A DNA stretch of 61,493 nt, filler included, from Nitrospirae bacterium CG2_30_53_67 (GCA_001873285.1; 8 parts of 8 records of this genome joined end to end with filler, not necessarily neighbours in it); one strand, 5' to 3'. Counted from the whole stretch's first letter, positions 31,386-41,666 are shown. A program made the numbers and translations. Notes: generated by a model from the letters alone, not told the origin.

Positions 31386-32405
31386 ATGAGGAAGATCCTG
31401 GTTACAGGCGGGGCCGGGTTTATCGGAAGTAATTTTATCCGCTATTTTATGCGGGAGCATGCTGAAGATGAGGTCATCAACCTCGACCTGTTGACCTATG
31501 CGGGGAACCTCCTGAATCTTGAGGAGGTCAGGGAGGACAAACGTTACCATTTTGTCCATGGCGATATTGCGGACCCTGCGGTCCTCACGAGGATCTTCAG
31601 ACAGGGGATACAGGTTGTGGTCAATTTTGCAGCCGAGTCCCACGTGGATCGAAGCATTGAGGATCCCGGTGTTTTCATCCGAACCAATGTCATGGGGACC
31701 CAGACCATCCTGAACGCCATCAGGAAATATCCGGTGGAGCGCTTTATCCAGATCAGCACGGACGAGGTCTATGGCTCGCTGGGCCCGTCCGGGGCCTTTA
31801 CCGAGCAGACCCCCCTCGCTCCCAACAGCCCCTACTCGGCCTCGAAGGCGTCGTCCGATCTTCTTGTGAGGGCTTATCATGAGACCTACGGCCTTCCCTG
31901 CATCATCACCCGCTGCTCCAACAACTACGGTCCTTACCAGTTCCCTGAAAAGGTGATCCCCCTTTTTATCATGAACGCCATGCAGGACAAGCCGCTCCCG
32001 CTTTACGGGGACGGGTTGAATGTCCGGGACTGGCTTCATGTCCTGGACCACTGCAGGGCCATTGACCTGGTCATCGGCAAGGGAAGAGCCGGGGAGGTCT
32101 ACAACATCGGCGGGAACAACGAGAAGAAGAACATAGAGATCACCCGCTTGATTCTGGACCGGCTCGGCAAGAAGGAAAGCCTGATCCGGCATGTGACGGA
32201 CCGGCTGGGGCATGACAGGAGGTATGCCATAGACGCCGGAAAGATACGCAGGGAACTCGGATGGGCGCCGGTCTATATCTTTGAAAAAGGGATTGAAGAG
32301 ACCATCCGGTGGTATCAGGAGCATGCCTCCTGGCTGCAGGATATCGAGTCCGGCAGGTACAGGGCCCTTTCACAAAGGATCGCAGCCCAAGAGGAGCCGG
32401 TATGA
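31386..32405 (+). CDS. rfbB: dTDP-glucose 4,6-dehydratase
   Basis: TGGAGFIGSNF, AAESHVDRSI, STDEVYG, YSASK, CSNNYGPYQFPEK. Confidence 0.97.
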   Translation: MRKILVTGGAGFIGSNFIRYFMREHAEDEVINLDLLTYAGNLLNLEEVREDKRYHFVHGDIADPAVLTRIFRQGIQVVVNFAAESHVDRSIEDPGVFIRTNVMGTQTILNAIRKYPVERFIQISTDEVYGSLGPSGAFTEQTPLAPNSPYSASKASSDLLVRAYHETYGLPCIITRCSNNYGPYQFPEKVIPLFIMNAMQDKPLPLYGDGLNVRDWLHVLDHCRAIDLVIGKGRAGEVYNIGGNNEKKNIEITRLILDRLGKKESLIRHVTDRLGHDRRYAIDAGKIRRELGWAPVYIFEKGIEETIRWYQEHASWLQDIESGRYRALSQRIAAQEEPV

Positions 32406-33250
32406 AGACGCTGGCCCTGATCGGGTACAAGGGGATGCTCGGCAGAGATCTTTTAAAACGCTTGGAGGATTCCTTTAAGTGTATTCCAGCGGACATCGGC
32501 GAACTGGACATTACCCAAAGAGAACAGGTCCTGCAGTGGATCGGCGAGGTCCGGCCGGACGTTCTGATCAATGCGGCGGCCTACACGGATGTGGACGGAT
32601 GCGAAACCCGCCGGGACCTGGCCATGCGGGTCAACGGAGAGGGCGTGGGATACCTGGCCGAAGGGTGCGCGCGATGCGGGAGTGGTATGATCCATATCAG
32701 TACGGACTTTGTTTTCGACGGGTCCAAGAAGGGACCTTACATCGAAGAGGACCAGCCGAACCCCCTTTCGGTTTACGGATCGTCCAAGCTCATGGGCGAG
32801 AAGAGGATGGCCGAACATCTGGACCGGTTTCTGATCGTGCGCACATCGTGGCTCTTCGGCCATGGAGGGAAAAACTTCGTCGAGGCCATTCTGAGGCAGG
32901 CTGAAGTCAAATCGTCTCTGAAGGTGGTGCATGATCAGGTCGGCTCCCCCACCTATGTCCCTGATCTTTCCAGGGCCATTCTCAAGCTTTTATCCGCCGG
33001 GGCGGCCGGGATCGTTCACGTCGGAAACAGCGGGTCATGCTCCTGGTTCAAGTTTGCCGGGAAGATCTTGGAATATTCCGGGAAGAGGGGGGTCTCGGTG
33101 GAACCCATCACCTCTTCGGAACTCAACCGGCCGGCGAGGCGGCCTGCCCATTCCGTGCTTTCCTGTGAACGGTATTTCAAGATCACCGGGGAACGGATGC
33201 CGAACTGGGAAACGGGCCTCAAGGCGTACTTGAAGGCCGGAGAGGAGTAA
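32402..33250 (+). CDS. rfbD: dTDP-4-dehydrorhamnose reductase
   Basis: GYKGMLG, NAAAYTDVD, ISTDFVFDG, YGSSK, DQVGSPT, RPAHS. Confidence 0.95.
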   Translation: MKTLALIGYKGMLGRDLLKRLEDSFKCIPADIGELDITQREQVLQWIGEVRPDVLINAAAYTDVDGCETRRDLAMRVNGEGVGYLAEGCARCGSGMIHISTDFVFDGSKKGPYIEEDQPNPLSVYGSSKLMGEKRMAEHLDRFLIVRTSWLFGHGGKNFVEAILRQAEVKSSLKVVHDQVGSPTYVPDLSRAILKLLSAGAAGIVHVGNSGSCSWFKFAGKILEYSGKRGVSVEPITSSELNRPARRPAHSVLSCERYFKITGERMPNWETGLKAYLKAGEE

Positions 33251-33254
33251 ACGG

Positions 33255-34022
33255 ATGCAGGAGCAAGAGACGGCGGTTGCTCTGTTACCCATGGATCTGA
33301 AATACCTTTCCAAGGGGGCCCTTCGGATCCTGGCCCAGGATCCGGGTCTGGACCCAGCCCTCCTGGAACAGATATTGATCCAGGAGAAGGATGACCCTGA
33401 GACGGTCCGCTGTCTCATTCGGAATCCTGCGCTGCCTGATGAATCTTTTCAAAGCGTTCTCCCGGAACTTTCTGAAGACCTTCGAGAGGAGGTCAATGCC
33501 CGCCGGAAGGCCCTGGTCTCTATCGAAGGACAGGGGCTGGCAGTGAAGAAGCCTCCGCAAAGACACCTGCATCACGCGGATAAGGATCAAGACGGCGGCG
33601 GAAAGGTCAGCCTCCAACAGAAGATACAACTGATGAGCCCGGGGGACAAGATCTCTTTTGCGCTTAAAGGGACCAAGGAGGTGCGTATGGTACTGATCCG
33701 GGATCCGAACAAAGAGATTGCCATGACGGTTCTGAAGAATCCGAAGATCACCGAGACCGAGATCGAATACTTCGCGGCCTCCACCAACGTGACCGAGGAG
33801 GTGCACCGGGAGATCGGGAAGAACCGGGAGTGGTGCAAAAAATATAACGTCATCAGAGCTTTGGTCTTCAATCCCAAGACACCCGTCGGAGTCTCCCTGG
33901 AGAAACTCCCTTATATCAAAGATAAAGACCTCCAGTTCCTGAGTAAAAGCAAGAACGTGCCGAGCGCCGTCAGCACTACGGCCAAGCGGTTGATGGTCAA
34001 CAAGAAACGGAAAAACGGATAG
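33255..34022 (+). CDS. Conserved hypothetical helical-repeat protein
   Basis: Repeated L.NP..P motifs (LIRNPALP, LKNPKIT, VFNPKTP); GGAG RBS; co-oriented with its neighbours. Confidence 0.75.
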   Translation: MQEQETAVALLPMDLKYLSKGALRILAQDPGLDPALLEQILIQEKDDPETVRCLIRNPALPDESFQSVLPELSEDLREEVNARRKALVSIEGQGLAVKKPPQRHLHHADKDQDGGGKVSLQQKIQLMSPGDKISFALKGTKEVRMVLIRDPNKEIAMTVLKNPKITETEIEYFAASTNVTEEVHREIGKNREWCKKYNVIRALVFNPKTPVGVSLEKLPYIKDKDLQFLSKSKNVPSAVSTTAKRLMVNKKRKNG

Positions 34023-34031
34023 GGAGTCGCC

Positions 34032-34958
34032 ATGATCTTCAACGGGTGGTTCGTCAAGAGCCGGCTTAAGAAGGCGCTGGATATGCTGAACTGCGGCATG
34101 TATGCCCAGGCCGAGTCCGAGCTCAGGGGGATCCTGCTGACCCTGACCGTTCAGAAAAAGGATGATCAAAAGCGCATACCGGTCCTGTTTTATCTTGCGG
34201 AATGCTATATGGCCATGGGGGACGAGAAGTTTGAGAACAAGGATTTCAGGGGCGCCCTCAATGACTTTGAGAAAGGAGCGGCTCTGGGGGTGGACTTTCC
34301 CGATATCTATTTCCGGATCGGGCGGGTTTGCCTGGAGATGTCCGAATGGGACCAGGCCGAAGAGGCGCTCGACAAGGCCCTATCGTTGAACCCGCGTTAT
34401 GTCAAGGCACACCTCTTGATGTCCAAGGTCTACGCCCTGAAAGAGAGATATGACCTGTCGGTCAAGGAATACCGGATCCTTGGGGAACAGGGGGTTCCGT
34501 GCAATCAGGAACTTTATCTGAAAGGAGTTCAATATGCCGGCAACGGAGAGATCCAAAAAGGATATGAGATTTTGAAATCGTGTTTTGAGGAAAAGCCCGA
34601 TCCGGTCCAGGCGCTTTATCTGAAGGGACTGAGATGCTATCAGAACAAGAATTATGCCGGGGCCGTTCTTGCGCTTAAGAAGGCCCAGGAGAACCAGCCG
34701 GGCTATCCGGATATCTTCAACCTTCTGGGAGTGGCCTGCTGCGGCCAAAAATCCTACGCAGAGGCGGAAGGAGCCTTTCAGAAGGCTATCAAACTGAACA
34801 GCAGGTATATGGAGCCGAGATTGAATCTTGCGTTTCTATACGAAATCCTGCAAGACATGGAAAAAGCCGAGGGGGTGTTTCAGGACATTCTTTCTATGGA
34901 TCCCGGGAACGTCATTGCCCTTGAAGGTTTGGAAGGTCTGAAAAATAAGAAGGGATGA
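34032..34958 (+). CDS. Tetratricopeptide-repeat protein
   Basis: Multiple TPR units, e.g. FPDIYFRIG...ALSLNPRY and YPDIFNLLG...AIKLNSRY. Confidence 0.88.
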   Translation: MIFNGWFVKSRLKKALDMLNCGMYAQAESELRGILLTLTVQKKDDQKRIPVLFYLAECYMAMGDEKFENKDFRGALNDFEKGAALGVDFPDIYFRIGRVCLEMSEWDQAEEALDKALSLNPRYVKAHLLMSKVYALKERYDLSVKEYRILGEQGVPCNQELYLKGVQYAGNGEIQKGYEILKSCFEEKPDPVQALYLKGLRCYQNKNYAGAVLALKKAQENQPGYPDIFNLLGVACCGQKSYAEAEGAFQKAIKLNSRYMEPRLNLAFLYEILQDMEKAEGVFQDILSMDPGNVIALEGLEGLKNKKG

Positions 34959-35006
34959 TTGATGGCGGGAGAGGCCTTCCGTATATTTTGAAACAGGAGC
35001 CGATGC

Positions 35007-35675
35007 ATGGTAGAGAAGGATTACTACATGATTCTGGGTATCCGTCCTTCCGCCACGGAGGAGGAGATCAAGGAGGCCTTCTTCCGCCTGGCCAAAAAAT
35101 ACCATCCGGATAAGCATCGGGGGAAAAATGACGGAGACTATGAAACCAAATTCGCCATGATCAATGAGGCCTACAACGTTCTTAAAGACCGGGCGGCCAG
35201 GGAGGAATATGACAATCGGAACATGGCATCAGGCCTGAAGCGTAAGGAGTCATCCAAATCAGATTATCGCGCAGAAGAAATCTATCAGACGGCCCTTAAG
35301 GCGCTAAAAATGAACGACGTCAACAGCGCCATTGATCTGCTGAAGACGGCTGTCCGTATGGAACCGGGTAAGGCCGAGTATTATTCCGCGCTCGGCATGG
35401 CCCTCGCGGAAAAGCCGCACAGACTCCATGAGGCCAGAGAAATGTGCGAAAAGGCCTTGGAGATGGAACCCTACAATGTCGAGAACCATATCAATCTCGG
35501 GCTCGTCTACAAAAAGGCCGGGCTGCATGCCCGAGCGCGCAAACAGTTCGAGAATGCCTTACGCTGGGATCCTGAACATCCTGTCGCCATGAATGAACTG
35601 GGTCTCTCCGATTCCCATCAATGGTATCTACGGATTAAGCGGGTCTTGAATAAGATATTTTTACGAGGGGCATAG
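35007..35675 (+). CDS. J-domain (DnaJ) plus TPR protein
   Basis: DYYMILG...KKYHPDK...INEAYNVL, followed by about three TPRs. Confidence 0.9.
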   Translation: MVEKDYYMILGIRPSATEEEIKEAFFRLAKKYHPDKHRGKNDGDYETKFAMINEAYNVLKDRAAREEYDNRNMASGLKRKESSKSDYRAEEIYQTALKALKMNDVNSAIDLLKTAVRMEPGKAEYYSALGMALAEKPHRLHEAREMCEKALEMEPYNVENHINLGLVYKKAGLHARARKQFENALRWDPEHPVAMNELGLSDSHQWYLRIKRVLNKIFLRGA

Positions 35676-35719
35676 GGGGGCAGTGGGGCTGTTGAAAAAG
35701 TGTTTTTCTGGTCTCATGC

Positions 35720-35747
35720 CGTCATTCCCGCGTAGGCGGGAATCCAG
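35720..35747. repeat. REP-like palindrome GTCATTCCCGCGTAGGCGGGAATCCAG
   Basis: ATTCCCGC/GCGGGAAT stem; a related motif lies inside 11517-11756. Confidence 0.6.
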
Positions 35748-35831
35748 GTCTTTTATAAGCCCCGCAGTTGAAAAAAATCTCTGTAAAAAGGGAATTTGGA
35801 ATCTAAAGACAAAAAACCGGCATGAAATTTC

Positions 35832-35979
35832 TTGACAGAATCAGTGAATGTTCTTACCATTTAATTATCGGCAATGTTCGTTGATTCCATGCGGGATTCG
35901 GATGGAACGGCTGAGCGGGCAGAAAAAAAATGAGAATTTCAGAAAACATCTTGACAGGTTACAGTTCGCATGTTAATGT
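35832..35979 (+). promoter_or_regulatory. Tandem sigma70 promoters of pilMNOPQ
   Basis: TTGACA-17-TACCAT (35832-35860) and TTGACA-17-TAATGT (35951-35979). Confidence 0.65.
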
Positions 35980-36110
35980 AACACACAAGAAGATACTGGC
36001 ATTCCCTATGAAAAACCGGCGGTATAAAATATTTTGTTGTTCGAATTCATCTTTGATTTTTTCATGATGGTCATTTAGGACAAGCTTTCACCTCTGTGCC
36101 GGAGAAGAAC

Positions 36111-37178
36111 ATGCTGTTTTCTAAGTCAAGACAACTCGTCGGTTTGGACATCGGGACCCATTCGATCAAGGCGTTCCAACTCAAAGAATCAGGCGGCGGG
36201 TATCAGCTGGTCCACGCGGCCGTGAAGCCGCTCGATCCTGAAGTCATCGTGGATGGAACGGTCATGGACGCCGAGAGGGTCTCCTCCGCCATTCGTGAGA
36301 TTTACCAGGAAAACAAGATCACTTGCAAGGATGTGGCCCTTTCCGTCTCAGGGATCTCGGTCATCGTGAAAAAGATCAATCTCCCTGAAATGACCGTGGA
36401 GGAACTGGATGAGTCGATCCAGTGGGAGGCTGAACAGTATATTCCTTTTGACATCGAGGACGTGAATATTGATTTTCAGATTTTAAGGCCGGTGGGGGAG
36501 GAAGCCAAACGGCAAATGGAGGTCCTGCTGGTGGCCGTGAAAAAAGACAAGATCAATGAATATACCTCTCTGGCCAAGGAGTCAGGCTTGAATCCCGTGG
36601 TGGTGGATGTGGATGTTTTTGCCTTGGAAAACATGTACGAGATCAATTATGAATTAAACAAGAATGAAGCCGTGGCCCTGATTGACATCGGCGCCGGGAT
36701 CATGAATATCAACGTGGTATCGGACAGTATGCCTGCATTTACCAGGGATATTTCGATCGGCGGGAACCAGTTTACCGAGGCGATTCAAAAAGAGTTCGGC
36801 GTCGGCTATGAAGAAGCGGAAAAGGTCAAGAAAGGGCAGGATGTAGAAGGGGTGAAGTTCCAGGACGTGGTGCCGATTTTAGAGACGGTTTCAAACGACA
36901 TCGCCTCAGAGATCCTCCGTTCTTTTGATTTTTACCGGGCGACTGCGTCCGCCTCAAAAGACCAGATCGCCAGGGTGATGATCAGCGGGGGATGTTCAAA
37001 GCTCAAAGGATTCCGGGAATTTCTGGCCAAACAGCTCGGCATGGAGGTCGAGATCATCAATCCCTTCCAGAACATAGAGATTGCGGAAGGGACCTTTGAC
37101 ATGGACTTTATCAAAGAGATTGCGCCGACCGCGGCCGTGGGCATCGGGATGGCCTTGAGAAGAGCGGACGACAAATGA
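36111..37178 (+). CDS. pilM: Type IV pilus assembly protein PilM
   Basis: VGLDIGTHSIK, WEAEQYIPF, VLLVAVKK, IDIGA, SGGCSKL. Confidence 0.96.
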   Translation: MLFSKSRQLVGLDIGTHSIKAFQLKESGGGYQLVHAAVKPLDPEVIVDGTVMDAERVSSAIREIYQENKITCKDVALSVSGISVIVKKINLPEMTVEELDESIQWEAEQYIPFDIEDVNIDFQILRPVGEEAKRQMEVLLVAVKKDKINEYTSLAKESGLNPVVVDVDVFALENMYEINYELNKNEAVALIDIGAGIMNINVVSDSMPAFTRDISIGGNQFTEAIQKEFGVGYEEAEKVKKGQDVEGVKFQDVVPILETVSNDIASEILRSFDFYRATASASKDQIARVMISGGCSKLKGFREFLAKQLGMEVEIINPFQNIEIAEGTFDMDFIKEIAPTAAVGIGMALRRADDK

Positions 37179-37723
37179 TCAGAATCAATCTGCTGCCGAC
37201 CAAAAAGCTTCGCAAACAATTGGGGATCAAACAGGAACTCCTCCTCTCCGGATTGATCTTCGTTTTTGTCGTCATCATCCTGGGTCTGCTTTGGATGTGG
37301 CAGAGCACAACGATTGAACGTTTAACCCTGCAGCAAAACGAGAAACAGCAGAAGCTGGATCAGATCAAGAAAGTGGTGAACGAGGTCGAGCAGTTTAAAA
37401 AGGATAAAGAACTCTATGAGCAGAAGATCAATATCATCAAGGATCTTGAGGCCCAACAGAGCGGTCCCGTGCATATTCTGGACGAACTGAGCGTCAATAT
37501 TCCCGACAAACTCTGGTTTGAATCCATGGCCCTGAAAGGAAACAGCCTTACCCTGTCCGGAAACGCATTTGCCAACATCTCCATCGTGGATTTTGTCAAC
37601 AATCTTAAAAGATCTCCTTATTTCCAGAACGTGCAGCTTCTGGAATCAAAGTCTTCGGATAAAAAGGATATCCGCGTTTATGTGTTCAAACTGAGCGCGA
37701 ATGTGACGGTCCCCAAGAAATAA
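37175..37723 (+). CDS. pilN: Type IV pilus assembly protein PilN
   Basis: MIRINLLP motif, TM segment, coiled coil. Confidence 0.95.
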   Translation: MIRINLLPTKKLRKQLGIKQELLLSGLIFVFVVIILGLLWMWQSTTIERLTLQQNEKQQKLDQIKKVVNEVEQFKKDKELYEQKINIIKDLEAQQSGPVHILDELSVNIPDKLWFESMALKGNSLTLSGNAFANISIVDFVNNLKRSPYFQNVQLLESKSSDKKDIRVYVFKLSANVTVPKK

Positions 37724-37729
37724 GCTCTG

Positions 37730-38374
37730 ATGAAAGGACTAGATATTATGAATTTGGAAGCGATCGAAAAAATTCCGAGTCAGCAGAGGATCGCTGCCGT
37801 CGCTTTTATTTATATTGCAGTGATCGCCCTTTTCTTTGGTTATCCTTTCCGGAACCATCATAACCAGATCATGGCGCTGAATAAGAAAAACGAGAGTCTG
37901 GAAAAAGAGATCATTGTGAACCAGAGTCTGGCCGAGATGAAAGATACGCTTATCTCCAAGAACGCCGAACTACAGCAGAAGCTTTTGGAGATCCAGCAGA
38001 AGTTTCCAACCAGCAGCGAAGTCACCGACCTTCTCAAACAGGTCTCCGTCCTCGGCCAGCAGTCGGGTCTGGATATCCAGCTCTGGAAACCGGCCAATAA
38101 GGTCAAGAATCCTTCAAATCTCTATTATGAGATCCCCGTGGAAATCGAAGTCATCGGGGGGTACCATGATGTAGGGATATTTTTTGACAAGGTCAGCAAA
38201 CTCTCCAGGATCGTCAATATCACGGATCTTTCCATGTCGAATGCGAAAGAGGGCAAAGGGGTCCTCACCAAATGCGTAGCTAAGACATTCAGCGCCATGG
38301 AGCCGGGAGAAACGGCCGGTCCGGGAAAGAAAGATGCGCCGGCTCAAACAGCGCCAAAGCCGGGAGAGAGATAA
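37730..38374 (+). CDS. pilO: Type IV pilus assembly protein PilO
   Basis: TM and coiled coil; YYEIPVEIEVIGGYHDVGIFFDKVSKLSRIVNI. Confidence 0.93.
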   Translation: MKGLDIMNLEAIEKIPSQQRIAAVAFIYIAVIALFFGYPFRNHHNQIMALNKKNESLEKEIIVNQSLAEMKDTLISKNAELQQKLLEIQQKFPTSSEVTDLLKQVSVLGQQSGLDIQLWKPANKVKNPSNLYYEIPVEIEVIGGYHDVGIFFDKVSKLSRIVNITDLSMSNAKEGKGVLTKCVAKTFSAMEPGETAGPGKKDAPAQTAPKPGER

Positions 38375-38387
38375 GAGGATTGAGACG

Positions 38388-38921
38388 ATGAAGAACCCAG
38401 TTTTTAAAAGATGGAGACGATGCATCCCTTTCATTTTCGGATCTGCTTTCGTTCTGACTTTCTGGACAGCGGTTTTCGCACAGACAGCGGGAGAACCCAA
38501 GGAAAAGATAGAACTCGGCACTGAAGGGAAATCGATCCAGGAAGAGCCGCCCCCCAAAGATACCTATGCCTATATTCCTGGTGAGCGCCGGGATCCTTTT
38601 GTTTCTTTGATCAGGAGGGGGGAGACGCCGGGAGAATACAAGGATGAACTGAGTCCCCTGCAGAAGGTGGATCTATCCGAGTTGAAGCTGGTCGGCATCA
38701 TCAAGGATGCGGAAGGGAATACGGCCATAATTCAGACTCAGAATGGAAAAGGTTACTTTTTACGTCAAGGAGTGGCGATTGGGAAGAACGAAGGGGTGGT
38801 GGAAAAGATACTTGAGGACAAGGTTGTGGTGAAAGAAAAGAAGACAAACTACTTAGGACAGATTGAGGTCACCGAAGCAGTCCTCATATTAAAGAAAAAA
38901 GAAGAAAGAGGAGGGAAGTAG
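38388..38921 (+). CDS. pilP: Type IV pilus assembly protein PilP
   Basis: Y.P..RRDPF, SPLQKVDLSELKLVGII, IGKNEG. Confidence 0.9.
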   Translation: MKNPVFKRWRRCIPFIFGSAFVLTFWTAVFAQTAGEPKEKIELGTEGKSIQEEPPPKDTYAYIPGERRDPFVSLIRRGETPGEYKDELSPLQKVDLSELKLVGIIKDAEGNTAIIQTQNGKGYFLRQGVAIGKNEGVVEKILEDKVVVKEKKTNYLGQIEVTEAVLILKKKEERGGK

Positions 38922-39760
38922 ATGATCTCTCGAAAATGCAGGATAATTTTTTGTTTATTTTTGTCCTCAGCGCTTTATACGCTCCCGGTTTCCAAGGCGC
39001 TATCTGAGGATGACATCGGGAACCTCATCCAGCACATTGAGAACAAAGAAACCGGCGGGACCGAGGCCCAGACCCAGGCGCCAGCCGTCTCCAAACCGGT
39101 CAAGGTGGAAGACATCTATACGTCTTTGGCCAAACCCGTGGAGAAAGAGAGTTACACAGGGAAGAAAATTTCGCTCGATCTGCAGGATGCGGACGTGGTC
39201 AATGTGCTGAGGCTCCTTGCCGACGTCGGAGGGGTCAACATCGTCTTCGGCGGGGATGTATCAGGCAAGGTCACGGTGAATCTCAAGAACATCCCCTGGG
39301 ACCAGGCCCTTGACATCGTTTTAATGACCAACGGACTGGACAAGGTCCGTATGGGAAACATCATCCGGGTCGCACGGTCCGAGACCATCACGGATGAAGC
39401 CAACAAAAGGCTGGCCGCCATCAAGGCCAGCGACAAGGTCGAGGCCATGAGCACACGGATCATCCCTGTCAACTATTCCGACATCAAGACCATCAAGGAA
39501 TCGGAACTGATCAAGAACATTCTCTCCGACCGGGGGAAGATCGACATTGATGCTCGGACCAACACCCTGATCGTCAATGACATCGGTAAAAATGTAGAGC
39601 AGATAGCAACCCTGGTCAAGAGACTGGATACCCGGATCCCCCAGGTCCTGATCGAGGCCAGGATCGTGGAGGCCAGGGAAGGTTTCGCCAGAGACATCGG
39701 CGTCCAGTGGGGGTATGCCCAGGGATATATGAAGAAAGATACCCGGTATAATATCTTCGG
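38922..39760 (+). CDS. pilQ: Type IV pilus secretin PilQ (3'-truncated)
   Basis: YTGKKISLDLQDAD, VNLKNIPWDQALD, DARTNTLIV, QVLIEARIVEA. Confidence 0.93.
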
Positions 39761-39860
39761 NNNNNNNNNNNNNNNNNNNNNNNNNNNNNNNNNNNNNNNN
39801 NNNNTTAATTAATTAANNNNNNNNNNNNNNNNNNNNNNNNNNNNNNNNNNNNNNNNNNNN

Positions 39861-39984
39861 TGGGTATCCTCCCCTTTTTTGCATGGGCCTCGCAGGCCAG
39901 GATCTCCACCTCAAGCCATTTTCCATACTTGTTTTGAAGGTCCCAGATCCGGGCCATCTCAGGTCTTGTATACCGTTCGATCAT
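39861..39984 (-). CDS. purB: Adenylosuccinate lyase, 5' fragment
   Basis: Hand translation [41 protein letters not shown]. Confidence 0.88.
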
Positions 39985-40023
39985 GATGCATGCCTTTTTA
40001 TTCTTTTATGACGTAAGAAGTAT

Positions 40024-40232
40024 CAAGGGTTCCAGGGTTCAAGGATTCAAGGGTTCAAGTGGTTTTTTTTAATTTAGGTATCTTCTATCATCTCACCTAC
40101 CCCCAGGGTTCTTGATCTGTTAACCCATCAGTTTCTTGCTAAGCTTTTCACTCGGACCCTAGGCCCCTTGACCCCTCGAACCCTCAAGTTTTTGAAAAGC
40201 ATTTCACTTGACCCCTAATGTTTTCATCCGCT
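40024..40232 (+). repeat. Octamer-repeat element (family C), copy 4
   Basis: AAGGGTTC units, then CACTCGGACCC...TTGACCCCTAATGTTTTCATCCGCTCT; abuts the stop codon at 40233. Confidence 0.75.
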
Positions 40233-40958
40233 CTAAATTCCGTATTCGAGGCGTTCAATTAAAAAAGAGGGCAGATGGTGCGCCCTCATCTTATCCTGGG
40301 TGATCCGGAAATTATATTTTACCCGTACAAACGAAATTTTTTCTTCCTCAGTATCGTAGAGGACATAGACGGCATCCGGATTCCTGTCCCTGGGCTGTCC
40401 GACACTTCCGACGTTGACAATATAACGAATCTTCTCCTCTATTGTCAACACGGATTCTTGGATTTCTCCGAATTGATTCCCATCGCAAAAATAGGCTGCC
40501 GGCCGGTGCGTATGGCCGACCAGGCAAATCTTTCCTTCAAAGAAATCAAAGTGATATGCCGCATCCGGCATGGAAGAGATGTATGACCACTCCTGAGGCC
40601 GGTCCGGAGATGCATGGACAAGAAAAAGATCCTTTTCACGTTCCGTCATCGGAAGGGAAAGGAGCCTGTCACGGTTCTCCGAGGTCAGCGCCGACCGGGT
40701 CCAGAGAATGGCCTCTGCGGCCAGGGGATTAAACTGATCGATGTCGGTGAGGCCGACCGCGGCATGGTCGTGATTCCCGGCCACGATCATGTCCGAGACC
40801 TCGAAGATCTTCTCCATGCATTCGTTGGGGTCGGGCCCGTATCCCACCGCATCCCCCAGGAAGAAGACACGGTCCGGTTTCTGTTTCCGGATCTCGGTTA
40901 GAACAGCGTTCAGCGCCTCAAGATTGCTGTGGACATCGGAGAAAATGGCGATACGCAC
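40233..40958 (-). CDS. Calcineurin-like metallophosphoesterase (YfcE/MJ0912-like)
   Basis: SDVHSN, LGDAVGYG, GNHD, HAS, GHTH, NVGSVGQPRD; GTG start at 40958. Confidence 0.9.
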   Translation of the reverse strand: MRIAIFSDVHSNLEALNAVLTEIRKQKPDRVFFLGDAVGYGPDPNECMEKIFEVSDMIVAGNHDHAAVGLTDIDQFNPLAAEAILWTRSALTSENRDRLLSLPMTEREKDLFLVHASPDRPQEWSYISSMPDAAYHFDFFEGKICLVGHTHRPAAYFCDGNQFGEIQESVLTIEEKIRYIVNVGSVGQPRDRNPDAVYVLYDTEEEKISFVRVKYNFRITQDKMRAHHLPSFLIERLEYGI

Positions 40959-41058
40959 AATGTTTACCTGAAAATGTTTTGCCGCCTTATCTCTTTTGGA
41001 TGACGATCCCATTGATTGACGACTGAAGAACAACGGTCCTATATGCGCTGCCGGTTAT

Positions 41059-41225
41059 CCCCCTCACCCTTACCCTCTCCCACAAGGGGCGAGGGAACTG
41101 TTAGTGGGCTTTCCCTCCCTTGATGGAAGGGGACTCCGAGTAGGGTGTTTTTAACCGCTTACGAGTAGGCCCCTTTGAGGGGCCAGAAAACGTCAAGCCT
41201 CCGGCTTTGCCGGAGGTTACCGACT
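41059..41225. mobile_element. REP hairpins plus an IS200/IS605-like end remnant
   Basis: Hairpins GGCCCCTTTGAGGGGCC and CCTCCGGCTTTGCCGGAGG followed by TTACCGACT, resembling IS200-type subterminal hairpins; no transposase present. Confidence 0.5.
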
Positions 41226-41231
41226 GTAGAT

Positions 41232-41666
41232 TTAAATGAGTGAATATTTTTCCATGTACCGTTCCTTTTCTTTCAGCACCTTGTCCAGAATCCCGTTGAT
41301 AAAGGAGCCTGCGTCATCCCCGCTGTACTGCCTGGCCAGCTCAATGGCCTCATCAATCGTGACCTTTTCCGGAATGTCTTCCCGGAAACAGATCTCATAG
41401 ATTGCGAGACGTAGGATGTTCTTGTCGACCATCGAAATGCGGGAAAGTTTCCAATGGAGCGAAAGCTCTGAGATCAGCAGGTCGATCTTTTCGATCTGTT
41501 CCACGGTGCCGATGAAGATGGACTCGGCAAAGGATCGAATATCCTTGTCCAGGCTTTTCTGTCCCTTCCAGAACTCTTTAAGCAGTTCCATGGGAGGCTC
41601 CTTGCGGATTTCATATTGATAAAGGAGCTGAAGGGTCAGCGCCCTGCTCTTTCGTCTCTTGCCCAT
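41232..41666 (-). CDS. nusB: Transcription antitermination factor NusB
   Basis: RRKSRALTLQLLY, VDKNILRLAIYE, IDEAIELA, FINGILD. Confidence 0.96.
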   Translation of the reverse strand: MGKRRKSRALTLQLLYQYEIRKEPPMELLKEFWKGQKSLDKDIRSFAESIFIGTVEQIEKIDLLISELSLHWKLSRISMVDKNILRLAIYEICFREDIPEKVTIDEAIELARQYSGDDAGSFINGILDKVLKEKERYMEKYSLI

